From: a virus
Lineage: Duplodnaviria > Caudoviricetes
Strand: one strand, 5' to 3'
IMG/VR virus record: IMGVR_UViG_3300035701_000027
Location: 1 to 63,170 of that record
Length of the DNA stretch: 63,170 bases
Shown: positions 36,726 to 47,596 of the stretch, in pieces
Numbering within the stretch: the stretch's first letter is position 1
Layout of the letters: each line of letters begins with the position of its first letter
Made by a program: the position numbers and the translations under genes
Notes under the pieces: model-generated
Told to the model about the DNA's origin: nothing
Seen by the model: only the letters and a program-made list of their open reading frames with translations
The model's database searches: none

Positions 36726-37060
36726 GGGGATGAAAACGGGGGGTGGGGAGGGGGAGGGTGTGGGATGAGGCCTTCGCATCATTCCTGGGCGCGTGTGGGG
36801 TGGCCCCTGATTTCGCTCGACGTGTGCGTGTCATTCCCGCGCGTGCAAGCCGCTGTCGGCAAACAACGTGCGCGTGAATTTAGTCGCGTGCATTGAGCCA
36901 TCGTGCGCGCGACTCTTATATGCTCTTTTCGGCTTTGCACTCGTAACCCCTTGTCCGGTCACGACTTACGGCAGGCCGCGACCTGCGGCGCTATGTTTTC
37001 GGCGGAAACTTGCGGAGTGCAATCAAGCGCTTCGCAAAGCGCAAGACATAGGAGGGTGAT

Positions 37061-37666
37061 ATGGTGCTCAAGAAGAGTGCCATCACCCCAGAGCTGAAGG
37101 CTTGTCTGGACGCCAAGCGGGCGGAGACGGACATAGTGTTCGCCGTCAGGCTGGCACAAGACAAGCGCATGGCAGAGCTAAGGGCCGAGCTTGACAAGAA
37201 GGTGGACGAAGTTCTCCACGTCAAGGAGATGCGCCAGAACTGGGCGATCGTCCATCGCGGCCAGAAGCCTGACTTCCGGAAGGTAGAGATCCTCTACCGC
37301 AAGCCGGAGGTCGGCGCCAAGGTACGGGTCTATGAGGGGGAAGCGTACCTCTCGGACGATGCGGATCACCTGCGGCGGCTGTCACGTGCTCTGGGTGTGA
37401 AGGCAGGAAGTCTCACTCTGCCCGAGGCTATCAAGTGGGCAGGAGTCGCGGCGAAGGTGACGGACGTGGCTGAAAGGGACGCGAAGAAGAGCTTTATCTT
37501 CGCCGTCCAGACGCCCGTGATGGACGCGACGCCCAAGTGCAAGGTCACGTCGGCACAAGAGACGAAGCCGATCACGCACCAGGAGTTTATACGTCTCTGC
37601 CTGACGCAAGACAAGTATCTACGCAAGCTGGCCGTTTGGTATAAGGCTAATGGCCTTGTCCAGTAA
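37061..37666 (+). CDS. Hypothetical early protein, first rightward gene
   Basis: 201 aa; SD GGAGG. Confidence 0.7.
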   Translation: MVLKKSAITPELKACLDAKRAETDIVFAVRLAQDKRMAELRAELDKKVDEVLHVKEMRQNWAIVHRGQKPDFRKVEILYRKPEVGAKVRVYEGEAYLSDDADHLRRLSRALGVKAGSLTLPEAIKWAGVAAKVTDVAERDAKKSFIFAVQTPVMDATPKCKVTSAQETKPITHQEFIRLCLTQDKYLRKLAVWYKANGLVQ

Positions 37667-37678
37667 CGGATTACGTCG

Positions 37679-37792
37679 TGTGTCAAAAGTGACACAGTGA
37701 GCATGGCGTAGGTCAAAAGCCGGAGGTGTGTCAAAAGTGATACACTCCCCTTGGCCCTCGCCATGACCTGTTCTTGTGTCAAAATTGATACA
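37679..37792. repeat. Three 18-bp palindromes TGTGTCAAAA(G/T)TGA(C/T)ACA at an exact 48-bp period
   Basis: Copies start at 37679, 37727 and 37775, with 30-bp unique spacers. Confidence 0.85.
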
Positions 37793-37840
37793 AGGGGTCT
37801 AACTCCTTGTGTCTGAAGGCTAAATGGGGCCAGTACCATG

Positions 37841-37868
37841 CTTCCCGCTCGCAACGGGAGGCTTTTTG
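37841..37868 (+). terminator. Rho-independent terminator
   Basis: CTTCCCG..CGGGAGG stem followed by a T-run. Confidence 0.55.
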
Positions 37869-38088
37869 TGTTCCTCAAAACCAAAGGGGGTTGGTGTGGA
37901 CTTCGACGACAGGGATTCGAGGGGGGAGACCTTCGCGGATCGGACGGTGGCGGATGAGGGCGCGCCGGACTTGTGCGAGGGGTGCTCGGTCGAGGGGTGC
38001 TCGGGCAGGGGCTATGGGTGCCGGTGGGAGGAGCGGTGGTCGGACGAAATCGAGGTTGCGCTCGTATAGGGTGCAGAAGGGAGAGCAA

Positions 38089-38277
38089 ATGGGAAGCAAG
38101 GAGTACATCGAGGGGCTGGAGCGCGAGTCGGCGAGGTTGGGCGCGCTCGCCAGGGCGTACAGGGCGAAGGGCGACACCAGGATGCACGCCCTCTGCGCGG
38201 ACATGGCGCAGGAGAAGTGGGACCGAGCGCAGAGGGCGTGGGCGATGTCGTGCTCGGCGGCGTCGCTGATGGCGTGA
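38089..38277 (+). CDS. Small hypothetical protein
   Basis: SD GGGAG; MGSKEYIEGLERES.. Confidence 0.5.
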   Translation: MGSKEYIEGLERESARLGALARAYRAKGDTRMHALCADMAQEKWDRAQRAWAMSCSAASLMA

Positions 38278-38493
38278 CCAATCACAGGCGGGGGTGCGTG
38301 CACGGAGCACGGCCGCGCCCCTGCCATTTCCATGAGCGGAGGGCAAGATGAGGTGCGGAAACTGCGATCTGTGGGTGGAGTCCCTGCGGTGGTTCAACGT
38401 CTTCCACTTCGGCAACGGCGAGTCCATCCTCTTCAGCAAACGGTAACACACGGGGAAAGCCCCCGTATCCATACACTCAAAAAGGAGGTTTCT

Positions 38494-38655
38494 GTGAACG
38501 CGAAACTGGAAGGCAGCATCCTGACCCTGACCATCCCCATTGACGTCACGGGGAGGGAGTCCAAGTCCGGCAAGTCCACCATCCACTTCACCACCGCCGG
38601 ATTCAAGAACGTGGACGGCACCGCCCTGCGTGTCGGCATCAACGTCATCTCGTAG
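38494..38655 (+). CDS. Small conserved beta-rich phage protein
   Basis: SD AAGGAGG; LEGSILTLTI..SKSGKST..TT.G pattern; flanked by hairpins. Confidence 0.65.
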   Translation: MNAKLEGSILTLTIPIDVTGRESKSGKSTIHFTTAGFKNVDGTALRVGINVIS

Positions 38656-39139
38656 GGGGAATGAATCGGGGGAGGGCGGAGCCCATGCGGGGCCCCCCGC
38701 CCCCACCCTGATCGCCATCTCCAATGGGTGACAAAGGAGATGGAAAAGGGGGGCCACATGAACAAAACCGTAGCGAAGCCCATCATCGGCATCCTGCCCA
38801 TGTACCTGTGGATCGACAAGCACCTTGTCCTCACGCGGGGATTGGTGCTCCAGGTCTGCAAAAACTGAAAGGGGGAATCCATGAGGTTACAGACCATCAA
38901 GGTCGGCGGCCGCCGGATCAAGGCCATCCATACCGACGAACTCCTGAAGCGGTGGGAGACCGAGCGCATCCACCCCCGCCAGCGAGGGGACAAATGAACG
39001 AGGAGAGCAGAAGGGCCGCCGACGCCCTGGAGTGGAGAGAGAGGCGGGAACGACTCGCCTACTACAAGGCCGCGAAAGACCCAGCCGGCTTCCACAAGGC
39101 CGTGATCGAAGCCGCCCTCACCATGTTCCGGAGGTGAGT

Positions 39140-39364
39140 ATGCCAAGGCGAAACAAACGCATAGACCTCCGCAGGTACCGCGTGCAGGTTTTCTGCGCCG
39201 ACAGCAGGGAAATCACGCTCCGCGTCACCCAGCTCAAGGAAAAGATCGCCCTCCTCCACATGAAGGGGGCGGGCGCCCCCATCCTCTACGACATTCTCCG
39301 CAGGGAGTGGCCGAAGCTCATCGAGGACTGCACCCTGTTCATCAAAGACAAGGTGGTGATGTGA
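39140..39364 (+). CDS. Small hypothetical protein
   Basis: SD GGAGG; part of a packed microgene run (38.75-39.97 kb). Confidence 0.5.
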   Translation: MPRRNKRIDLRRYRVQVFCADSREITLRVTQLKEKIALLHMKGAGAPILYDILRREWPKLIEDCTLFIKDKVVM

Positions 39365-39980
39365 GAAAACAAATCCTTCCCGAAATGGGGGCGATGAAAG
39401 CCCTCGACCTCTGCCCGTGGGCGGTGGCGGCCGCGCGCATCTGGCCCTCCGGATGGCTCGTCTTCGAGTCCGCGCAGGAACACCAAGAATACATCGAAAG
39501 AAGGAGGTCGGCATGAAAAACAAAAAGGTCAAAAAGCACATCATCCCTGTCTCGTCTCCAGACACCGGCGACGACATCTGCAATCATTGTCGGAAAATAG
39601 GGACGAATAATTGCGCCGGAGTCCCTTCGGGAGACGCGAAATCTGCGGGGTGCTTTGAGGAATGTGACATAAAATGAGCACGGGCCACTACAAACGGAGG
39701 AGCGCATGAAAAACATTCTCGTCCAGGCGAAGAGACTCAATGACAGGCTGTGGAGCGAAAGGGAGCGCCGCTTCCGCGTGGATCTGGCGTGGGACAGGGG
39801 ATACCACTGGCGGCGGTGGGCCGACGGAAGATTGGTGAACCTATGAAGAAAGGTTTTTTCGTCATGGGCCTCCACACTTCGACGGCGTGGTTTCCGACAA
39901 GAAAAGAAGCCGAAAAGCTATGCACGCAGTTGAATTATTACGGGGGAACCCGTTACAGAGTTGAATAACGGAAAGGAGGT

Positions 39981-41666
39981 ATGATGCCGAATCTTTTTCC
40001 GGCCCGATTGCTTCACGACATGACCATGACGCCGGACGGGGGGCGCGCCGTCTGGACGGCCGACATGCTCAAGCTGGCAGGGTGCATTGTGTGGCTCGAG
40101 CGGGAATCGAGCGAAGTGTTCAGAATCAGGAATTGCGAGTCGTGCAACAACCTATTCGTCAGGCCCGGAGACTTCATCGATCTTCGGTACGAGGAGGATC
40201 CGGTGGGCCAGTACGAGAGGCCGCACCGCAATATTCGTGATGGCCTGCCGTTCCTGGGCAGGGTCGTCGGCAACTGCGTGGACGGCAGGATTCCGGAATC
40301 AATGATTTCGGAGGAATTGGATTCGCTTACCGGCAACCTTGTCGTCCTCAAAAAGTGTGTAGACTGCGATGAATTCTTAATCTCGGAAGGCGCATTCCTC
40401 GGGAGACATCTCAAAAGACGGGCGTTCATCTCCATTGAGAACAGTCCCGATCCCGTGACCGGATTGTACGGCGGCTCGGAAGCCGACGGCGTCTGCGATT
40501 GCGGCCAAGCCATGGTCAGGTGCCGCTCCTGCGGAAGGGCGGGATGCCCAGAGTGTAGTAGCTACAGCGAGATCGGAGGAAACTGGTATTGCTCCCGCTG
40601 TTCCTTCGAGTGCCAGAGCTGCGGCGAGCGGTGCGGCATAGATGGCAGTATCGCCGTCCACGATGGTAGCCGGATCTGCCAAGGCTGTTACGACTCCCAC
40701 TACTTCTCCTGCGCCAGATGCGAAAATGTTTACCACGAAGACGACGCCTGCCACGGGTTCGACGGCAACGGGGAGGACGACGAGAATCAAACGCTCTGCC
40801 CGTCGTGCAGGGAAGCCCTGGAAAGGAGATTGGGTCCGTCGAAGGGAACCATCATGGACTACGGATACAAGCCGGCGCCGAAATTCAAGCGTCAGGACAA
40901 GGAGGACAAGCCGGACGGCTGGAAGGGCTTTGAGCTTGAGGTGGAGAAGGCCGGAAGCGTAACCGACCGACAGGACATGGCGAACAGGATGTACGAAATC
41001 CTGGGCGATGCCGTGTACTACAAGAACGACGGCTCGCTCGATGACGGTTTCGAGATGGTCAGTCATCCGATGTCTGCAAGGTACTGGAACAAGACATTCA
41101 AGCCGAAGCTGAAAAAGGCGCTCTCGGTTCTCATAAAAGAGGGTTACAGGTCTTCCAACACGTCGACCTGCGGCCTTCACTTTCACCTGTCACGGACGTT
41201 CTTCTCCGGCACGATACAGCTCTACAAATTCCTGAAGCTCGTCTATGACTCCTCCAACCGGAGCTTCATCGTCAAGGTGAGCGGCCGCAGGAAAATCAAG
41301 GCCATGACCTATGCGAAACTGTCCGAGCCCCGCACGACGAGCCAGGATACCATCCTCAAGAAAAAGGCGAAGGACAAATTCGGATTCGACAGGTATCAGG
41401 CCGTCAACCTCCAGAACGAAAAGACGGTGGAGGTCAGGTTCTTCAAGGGCACGCTCAATTACTCGACGTTCTGCGCCCGCCTCCAGATGATAAGCTCCAT
41501 GATTGAGTTCTCCTGCGCCGCGTCCATCTCTCACACGCTGAACGATTATCTCGCATTTATCAGGGAAAACAGCCAGAAGTACAAGCGGGTGTACGAGTAT
41601 TTCAAAAATGTCCATCACTTCTACAAGGTAACGGTCGCTAAGGAAGGAGCCGCCCAATGTGCATAA
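39981..41666 (+). CDS. Putative amidoligase (COOH-NH2 ligase, GCS/GS fold) with N-terminal Zn-ribbon repeats
   Basis: GFELEVE, KNDGSL..GFEMVSHPM, TCGLHFHLSR, RYQAVN, TVEVRFFKGT; many CxxC pairs in the N-terminal half. Confidence 0.85.
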   Translation: MMPNLFPARLLHDMTMTPDGGRAVWTADMLKLAGCIVWLERESSEVFRIRNCESCNNLFVRPGDFIDLRYEEDPVGQYERPHRNIRDGLPFLGRVVGNCVDGRIPESMISEELDSLTGNLVVLKKCVDCDEFLISEGAFLGRHLKRRAFISIENSPDPVTGLYGGSEADGVCDCGQAMVRCRSCGRAGCPECSSYSEIGGNWYCSRCSFECQSCGERCGIDGSIAVHDGSRICQGCYDSHYFSCARCENVYHEDDACHGFDGNGEDDENQTLCPSCREALERRLGPSKGTIMDYGYKPAPKFKRQDKEDKPDGWKGFELEVEKAGSVTDRQDMANRMYEILGDAVYYKNDGSLDDGFEMVSHPMSARYWNKTFKPKLKKALSVLIKEGYRSSNTSTCGLHFHLSRTFFSGTIQLYKFLKLVYDSSNRSFIVKVSGRRKIKAMTYAKLSEPRTTSQDTILKKKAKDKFGFDRYQAVNLQNEKTVEVRFFKGTLNYSTFCARLQMISSMIEFSCAASISHTLNDYLAFIRENSQKYKRVYEYFKNVHHFYKVTVAKEGAAQCA

Positions 41667-42667
41667 TCATCTGCAAGCCGAAGGGACTGAAGCTCAGTGA
41701 CGAGGCGCTGGAGAATTCGTGGTCGAACAACGATGACGGCGCCGGCTTCATGTGGGCCGACAAGGGCAGGATACGGACGATCAAGGTTCTCAAGAGCTAC
41801 GCCAGGTTTAAGAAGGCGTACGACAGGTTCCGGACGAGTGAAGACCTCGACCACAAGGCCGTCGTCCTTCACTTCCGGATAGGGACGAGTGGACACAAAA
41901 GCATCGACAACTGCCATCCCTTCATGGTGAACGACAATGTGGCCCTATGTCATAACGGAATCCTGTCCTGCGTCGATGTCCCGGCGAACAGCAAGGTCAA
42001 CGACACGCGGATTTTCATCAACAAATTCTTCAAGAAGTGGGACAAGAGCGGGACGAAGGATTGGCTCGCCGACGTCGAATGGCTCTCGACAATTGAGAAG
42101 CTCATCGGCGCCTACAACAAATTCGTGCTGATGAACAATCGCGGCGAGGTCGTAATCCTGAACGAATCACAGGGAACCTGGGACAGCAAGTGCTGGTTCA
42201 GCAACAGCGATTACAAGTACAAGCGGTACAGCTTTATGACCGGAGCCGGCTCGTATTGCGACTACGAAAACGACTACTGGGACAAGGCGAAAAGCACTCG
42301 CCGTTACTACGGCGACGATTGGGAGTGGAGCGAAACGGAAAACAAGATGGTCTGGATAGGCCAGGAGAAAGCGAGGGCCGCAGACAACAAGGCCGTGACG
42401 GTACAGACCGCCAACAACCTCGTCCCTTTTTCGGAGCAGAAGCCGACGGAGACAAATCCGTGGCCGGAGGAAACGGAGAAGGCTCCGCCCCTGGACGAGA
42501 TCGACATGCCGCACGACGACCCTCAATACTGTCTCGAATGTCACACAAAGCTATCGGACTATGCCATTCAGCTTGGCTTCGGATGTTGCGAGGGTTGCGT
42601 CAACGAATACTTCGACGAAGACAAAGAGGTGACGACGCTCGAAGCGCAGGGAAAAATGCCATCTTAA
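41657..42667 (+). CDS. Class II (Ntn) glutamine amidotransferase
   Basis: Catalytic Cys2 (MCII), NDDGAG, HFRIGTSG, NCHPF, HNGIL, DT; overlaps the amidoligase stop. Confidence 0.9.
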   Translation: MCIIICKPKGLKLSDEALENSWSNNDDGAGFMWADKGRIRTIKVLKSYARFKKAYDRFRTSEDLDHKAVVLHFRIGTSGHKSIDNCHPFMVNDNVALCHNGILSCVDVPANSKVNDTRIFINKFFKKWDKSGTKDWLADVEWLSTIEKLIGAYNKFVLMNNRGEVVILNESQGTWDSKCWFSNSDYKYKRYSFMTGAGSYCDYENDYWDKAKSTRRYYGDDWEWSETENKMVWIGQEKARAADNKAVTVQTANNLVPFSEQKPTETNPWPEETEKAPPLDEIDMPHDDPQYCLECHTKLSDYAIQLGFGCCEGCVNEYFDEDKEVTTLEAQGKMPS

Positions 42668-42679
42668 AAAGGAGGAGCA

Positions 42680-44305
42680 ATGCCGCCCGAAAAAAAGGAG
42701 AAGATTGTCTCGGGAGATCCCGTGCTACCCGAAATCCTCGCCGATCTCAAGGCCCTGAAGCGGCACGACTTCACCAAGGAGGGGTCGATGATCACCAATA
42801 ACCTGCTCTGGAACCGAGTCCTGCTTGAGTGCATCCGTGTCGTGAACGAGCATTACCGGATACCGTTGCCGAATGGGACGGGGGTATAATGGACATCGAA
42901 AAATTCATGGCCGAGAGGAAGTGGATGCGTGGGGCCAACCCATTGTCGTTCCTGGACAACAAGCCTGAGGAACCGTGTTATGTATGCGGAACCGTGACGC
43001 CGCTCCGCGATCTCGCGGCCATACATGGACCCACTAATGAGGCGGGTGCGGATCACTTCGGTCTGTGCAAAAACTGTATCGACAAACTACCCACCGGATA
43101 TTATTATTGCGGGTGCGGAGGATAAGGAGGATGAGTATGTCAACGAAAATCTATTTCAACGGCAAAGGAAAAGAAGTCCGACGCCTGGTGTTGGGAGACA
43201 AGAAGCCTGGGGCTCCCGTGAAACTGGAGGGGCGAGCCAAAGAGCACGGATACATCGAAGGCATCTTCGGCAAGGCCCTGCCCCAAGAGCGGGACCACAT
43301 CAACGGGAAGTTGCGCGGGAAAGACCCCGCCAACCACGTCTCCGCCGTCCATGAATACGTAGGTGAGGAGGACATCTGTTGCGGGGACTGCGGGGCCAGG
43401 GCAAAGCACATCTGCGTCGAGAACGACGGAAGGATATGGTTCCATTGCGGGATCTGCGAGGTAGGACAGGGGGCAGGCATGGGTCGTAAAAAGAAATGGG
43501 GAAAGTGGTCGAGGGCGAAGGCCAAGCCCATTACGGTTCAGGATCTTCTGGAGTTGGAGGCCGACCTGAAGAAGCGCGGCATTATTTACCCCATCGAGAT
43601 GGTAGAAGGCGTGCCGCCGGACGTGGATATGTCAAGGTTTGAAGGAGCACAGGGAGGAAACGATGACGACTGACGACGACCTGAATTGGTGCGAAAACTG
43701 CTGGTGGAATTCGCATGAAACGGCGCCGGAGAAATGCGAGAACTGCATAGACGGCTCCATGTTCCTCGACTACGCCGCCGGAATGTTTCCCTATGGATCG
43801 GGACAGGTTTCAGAGGGAGGAAATGACTGATGAGAGGAGGAAGAATGACGATCAAGACGCTCTTCAAAAAACTGGACAGGGTTTATCACGCCGACGGAAG
43901 CATCCGAATCGAAGAGGGTTACGGAGACGGCGACACCCTGGCGCTATTCATAGCGAACGAAGTAAAAAGTCTGGTTCGCGTTGACCTTCCCATCAGATCG
44001 CAGGAGCTCGGAGAATTGTGCAATGCTTTCGACAGAGCCATGTCAGAGCTCGGGGATGTCACCTGCGAGCTCCACGCCATACACTCCATGCAAGTTGAAA
44101 AGGAGAGGAAGAAATGAAACGCATCTCAATCCAAATGAACGGAGAGTCGAGGCCGTGGACGGTCGGCGATCTTCTCGAGTCCCTCTCGAATGTCAAGCCG
44201 CACGTCCGCATCAAGCTGTACTCGGACGCGGAGGGGAACGAGATAAGGGACATGCTCTTCCTCGAAGTGGGCAAGGACACCGTATATTTTGTACCCTTTG
44301 ACTAA
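42680..44305 (+). other. Run of small hypothetical genes (42680-42889, 42889-43125, 43138-43673, 43662-43830, 43845-44117, 44114-44305)
   Basis: Each has an SD-like element and abuts or overlaps its neighbour; several carry CxxC pairs. Confidence 0.6.
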
Positions 44306-44383
44306 AGAAGGATTGGGAATGAATGGTACGTGGTGCTTTGTTGACAAAGGAGCGTCTTAAACCTATATTAAAAAGGAGGTTCA

Positions 44384-44686
44384 ATGAGTTTCATCGATGT
44401 CTTCGGGGGCCCCGTGCTCACGAAGGGAGAGGCAAGGGTGAGGTCGCACTTTGAGAAGCTCGGCATCATGCCGTCGGAGGTGCGCCTGCGGGAGAACGTA
44501 CTCACCTTCAAGGGGTGGATCGAGAAAGGGAGGGTGGTGAAGAAGGGAAGCCACGGGTGCCGGCTCACGGTGTTCAAGGAAAAGCTCGTCCGGCATCAGG
44601 ACGGAACCGAGAAGGCGGAGAAAAGACCGTGGCATTACTTCGTTTTCCACGTCAGTCAGACCACGGAGCGCACGGAAGGGGCTTAG
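44384..44686 (+). CDS. Hypothetical protein (ArdC N-terminal-like pattern, tentative)
   Basis: LTFKGW..GR.VKKG..G..L..F...YFVFHVSQT resembles the ssDNA-binding ArdC-N motif; SD AGGAGG. Confidence 0.5.
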   Translation: MSFIDVFGGPVLTKGEARVRSHFEKLGIMPSEVRLRENVLTFKGWIEKGRVVKKGSHGCRLTVFKEKLVRHQDGTEKAEKRPWHYFVFHVSQTTERTEGA

Positions 44687-44824
44687 GTTGCCCAGGCAAG
44701 GGGTTAGTTAAGCGGTTAAGGAGCGCGCCAGGATGAGGATCGGGGGTCGGGCCGTGGTGCGGGGACTACCCCCTCAAAATTACGCAAATTTCGCAGGTCC
44801 TTAAACTTTAACAAAAGGAAGCAG

Positions 44825-45802
44825 ATGGCACACAATCTCACGCAAAGAGAGGACGGGAAGTACGAGTACATGTTCGCTGGTGCTCCTCCGTGGCACGGTC
44901 TCGGCCAGAACGTCGAAGGCTCCGCCACGGCGGAGGAGGCGATCCGCAAGGCCAACCTGGGATGGTCGGTCAGCAAGCGGCAGATGATGACGCTGGACGG
45001 CATCGACTGTCCGGACTTCTTCGCCATTGTCAGGGATGACAACAACAAACCGCTCGGTCAGGTCGGCCGCCAGTACAAGCCGACGCAGATCAACGAAGCC
45101 TTCGCCTTCTTCGATGCCGTGGTCGGCACGGCCAAGGCCAAGTACATCAGCGCCGGAAGCATCGGCGGTGGCGGCCGCATCTTCATCGTCGCGGAGATGG
45201 AAGGCCTGATCCAGATCAAGGGAAACGACACCGTGAGGCGATACCTCACGTTCTGCCACGGCCACGATGGCACTCTCGCCCACCGACTGTTCCCGACGGG
45301 GATCAGGGTGGTATGCCAGAACACGCTCGATGCCGCGCTCGCCAGGGAGAAGGCGGCGAAGGAAGGCTTCTATTCCAGGCACACCGGAGACTTACAGTAC
45401 AGGATCGACGAGGCAGCCAGCATCCTTGGCTTCGCCAACCGGAGCTTCGAGTTGTTCGGAGAGCAGGCCAAGCTGCTCGCCGGCGTCGTGGTCAACGTCC
45501 AGCAGGTCGAGAAATTCCTGCGTACCGTGTTCGAGATCCCGGTCAAGGCGGAAGAGGCAAGCAAGCAGACACAGGAAGCCGTGGACAAGGTGCTCGACAA
45601 CTTCGAGAATCATGCTTTCAATCAGGCTCCCGAGATTAAGGGCACGGCCTGGGCCCTGCTCAATTCCGTGACGCAATTCGCAGACCATCAGGCTCGGTCG
45701 GCGGGGGATGGCGCGGAGCGGAGGTTCAAGTCCATCATGTTCGGCGGCGGAAACTCGCTCAAGGCGACGGCATGGAAGTCGGCGATGGCGCTTGTGAAAT
45801 AG
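44825..45802 (+). CDS. DUF932 family phage/plasmid protein
   Basis: MAHNL..PWHGLG, GSIGGG.RIF, HGHDG, RVVCQNTL, GTAWALLNSVT. Confidence 0.9.
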   Translation: MAHNLTQREDGKYEYMFAGAPPWHGLGQNVEGSATAEEAIRKANLGWSVSKRQMMTLDGIDCPDFFAIVRDDNNKPLGQVGRQYKPTQINEAFAFFDAVVGTAKAKYISAGSIGGGGRIFIVAEMEGLIQIKGNDTVRRYLTFCHGHDGTLAHRLFPTGIRVVCQNTLDAALAREKAAKEGFYSRHTGDLQYRIDEAASILGFANRSFELFGEQAKLLAGVVVNVQQVEKFLRTVFEIPVKAEEASKQTQEAVDKVLDNFENHAFNQAPEIKGTAWALLNSVTQFADHQARSAGDGAERRFKSIMFGGGNSLKATAWKSAMALVK

Positions 45803-45935
45803 GGGAAGACGACGAAATGGTAGTGGCCGTCGCAGGAGTGACCATGATAGCGCCCTTGGTGTTTGTGGCAGTCTCCGAAGGGTGGAATTCAAAGCCATCA
45901 CATCCTGCGGCCGCCTTTTAAAATAAGGAGGAAGC

Positions 45936-47577
45936 ATGCCGGTTACTCACGGAAAAGACGGACGGATGATCATCCGGTGCGACTATTGCGGCAAGGAGAG
46001 GGATGACGGCAAGCAGGCCTTCGTCATCGGCGCCAGCCCTCTCCCGGATTGGGTGATGATGGAAGGCACGGGAAATATGTGCTGCCCTGAATGTTGGGAA
46101 GTGGCGCGCCGCCATTTGGCGAAGGCCATCGACCGCGTCACGGGAAGGAGGAGGTAGCATGGAAGTAGTCTGGAAGTATCCGCTCGAAGCCACGTTCCTG
46201 AATGAGATCATGATGCCGAAGGGCTCCAGGATTCTCTGCGTGCAAACGCAGAAGGAGTGCCCTTGCCTTTGGGTTCTCGTTCCCGAAGAAGAGGGAAAGA
46301 AACCCGATGATTTCGAGTGCCGAAAATTCGTTGTCGTCGGAACCGGACACCCCCTCGAATCCCTGTGGAGCTCGACATACATAGGCACCGTCCAGGTAGC
46401 CGGCGGACAACTCGTTTTCCACATCTTCGAAAGGGAATAGCATGGCTGTCAAAATCGCCCTGTTCATTCTCGCCATATTGCTTTTGGTTCCAATATCCGC
46501 AATCGTTCACAGAGAAAAAAGGAGGAATAATGCTGACAGATCTCGCAATCACCGACCTCACGCGGTTTACTGAATTCGTTTACTGGCCCGTTCGCAACAT
46601 CGGCGATGATTGCGTCGAGACCGTGAAGGACGGCTCCCATCCAGGAGATTTCTTCTCCGTGTACGGGAAGCATTGGCTTCCTGGGCACAGCACGGAAATC
46701 GAGGAATGGGTCGCCGACTTCACCACGCTCAACGAAGCCGCCGCCTACTGCCTGATGCTCAACCACGCGCTTCAGGGCAGGGTATCGAACATGAAGCAAT
46801 ACGATGGGAAACCATGAACGACAACGAGAGAAACGACAAGATCAACGCGAGGCTTCTTGAGGAAGAGTCGGATCCGACCGTAAAGCTATGGTGGTTGTCG
46901 TTCTGCGATCCGGAACTCCCGAAGGGCCGCTCTTTCCTCGGCGTCATCATCATCGAGGCCATAGGCTACGCCCACGCCATCAAGAAGGCGTGGGATATGA
47001 AGATCAATCCTGGCGGAGAAGTGCTCGGTTTCCTGGTGGGGCCGGTACAGGTTCCCAAGATCCCCAGGGAGTTTTACGACAGACTATTGAGCAAGGAGCA
47101 TCTCGCAAAAGCAGACCTGATTTAACAAGGGGGAGCAACATGAAAGCAAAGACCCTGAAAGAAATCGTTTCCTGGATCATCGTAGTCGCGGTGGTGTATC
47201 TTGAATCCGTCGTCGCCGGTATCTGGATCAAATACCATCCGTAAGGAGGCGCCATGGAGAATCTATCCAAAAGAGCCGCCGGCGAATTCCTGATGCTGAA
47301 AATCGTGTCGGAATACCTGGGCACGGATCCGGAAATCGCCGATGAATACCTGTACCGCTTCATCAAAACATGGGGAAAGGAGGGGGTAACAGCCGTAAGG
47401 AAATTCATTGAATGGTGCGTCTATCACGACAAGGAGGAAATAATTAAAGACGCCCTGGAGCACGACTTCGCCCTCGAAAAGAAGGAGGGGGTCGCGCCTC
47501 GGGTGTGGGGGTACATGGACTATGAAAGCGACAACGATCCTTCTGCTACTTTACCTGACGATGGGGAGGTCGTATGA
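45936..47577 (+). other. Run of small hypothetical genes (45936-46157, 46159-46440, 46530-46817, 46814-47125, 47140-47244, 47254-47577)
   Basis: SD motifs and tight packing; 46159-46440 has the common phage pattern VWKYPL..MPKG..IL.VQ.Q..CLW. Confidence 0.6.
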
Positions 47578-47596
47578 CCATAAATATTGGGACGAG

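Noticed and set aside
37679-37792. Bona fide CRISPR array
   Set aside because: Only three imperfect 18-bp repeats and no cas operon; kept as an operator-like array.
37366-38823. 485-aa minus-strand ORF
   Set aside because: Low-complexity shadow opposite plus-strand genes that have clear SD sites; it crosses the repeat array and terminator.
44690-44780. tRNA gene (D-arm-like TAGTTAAGCGGTTAA)
   Set aside because: No TTCRA T-loop and no matching acceptor stem.
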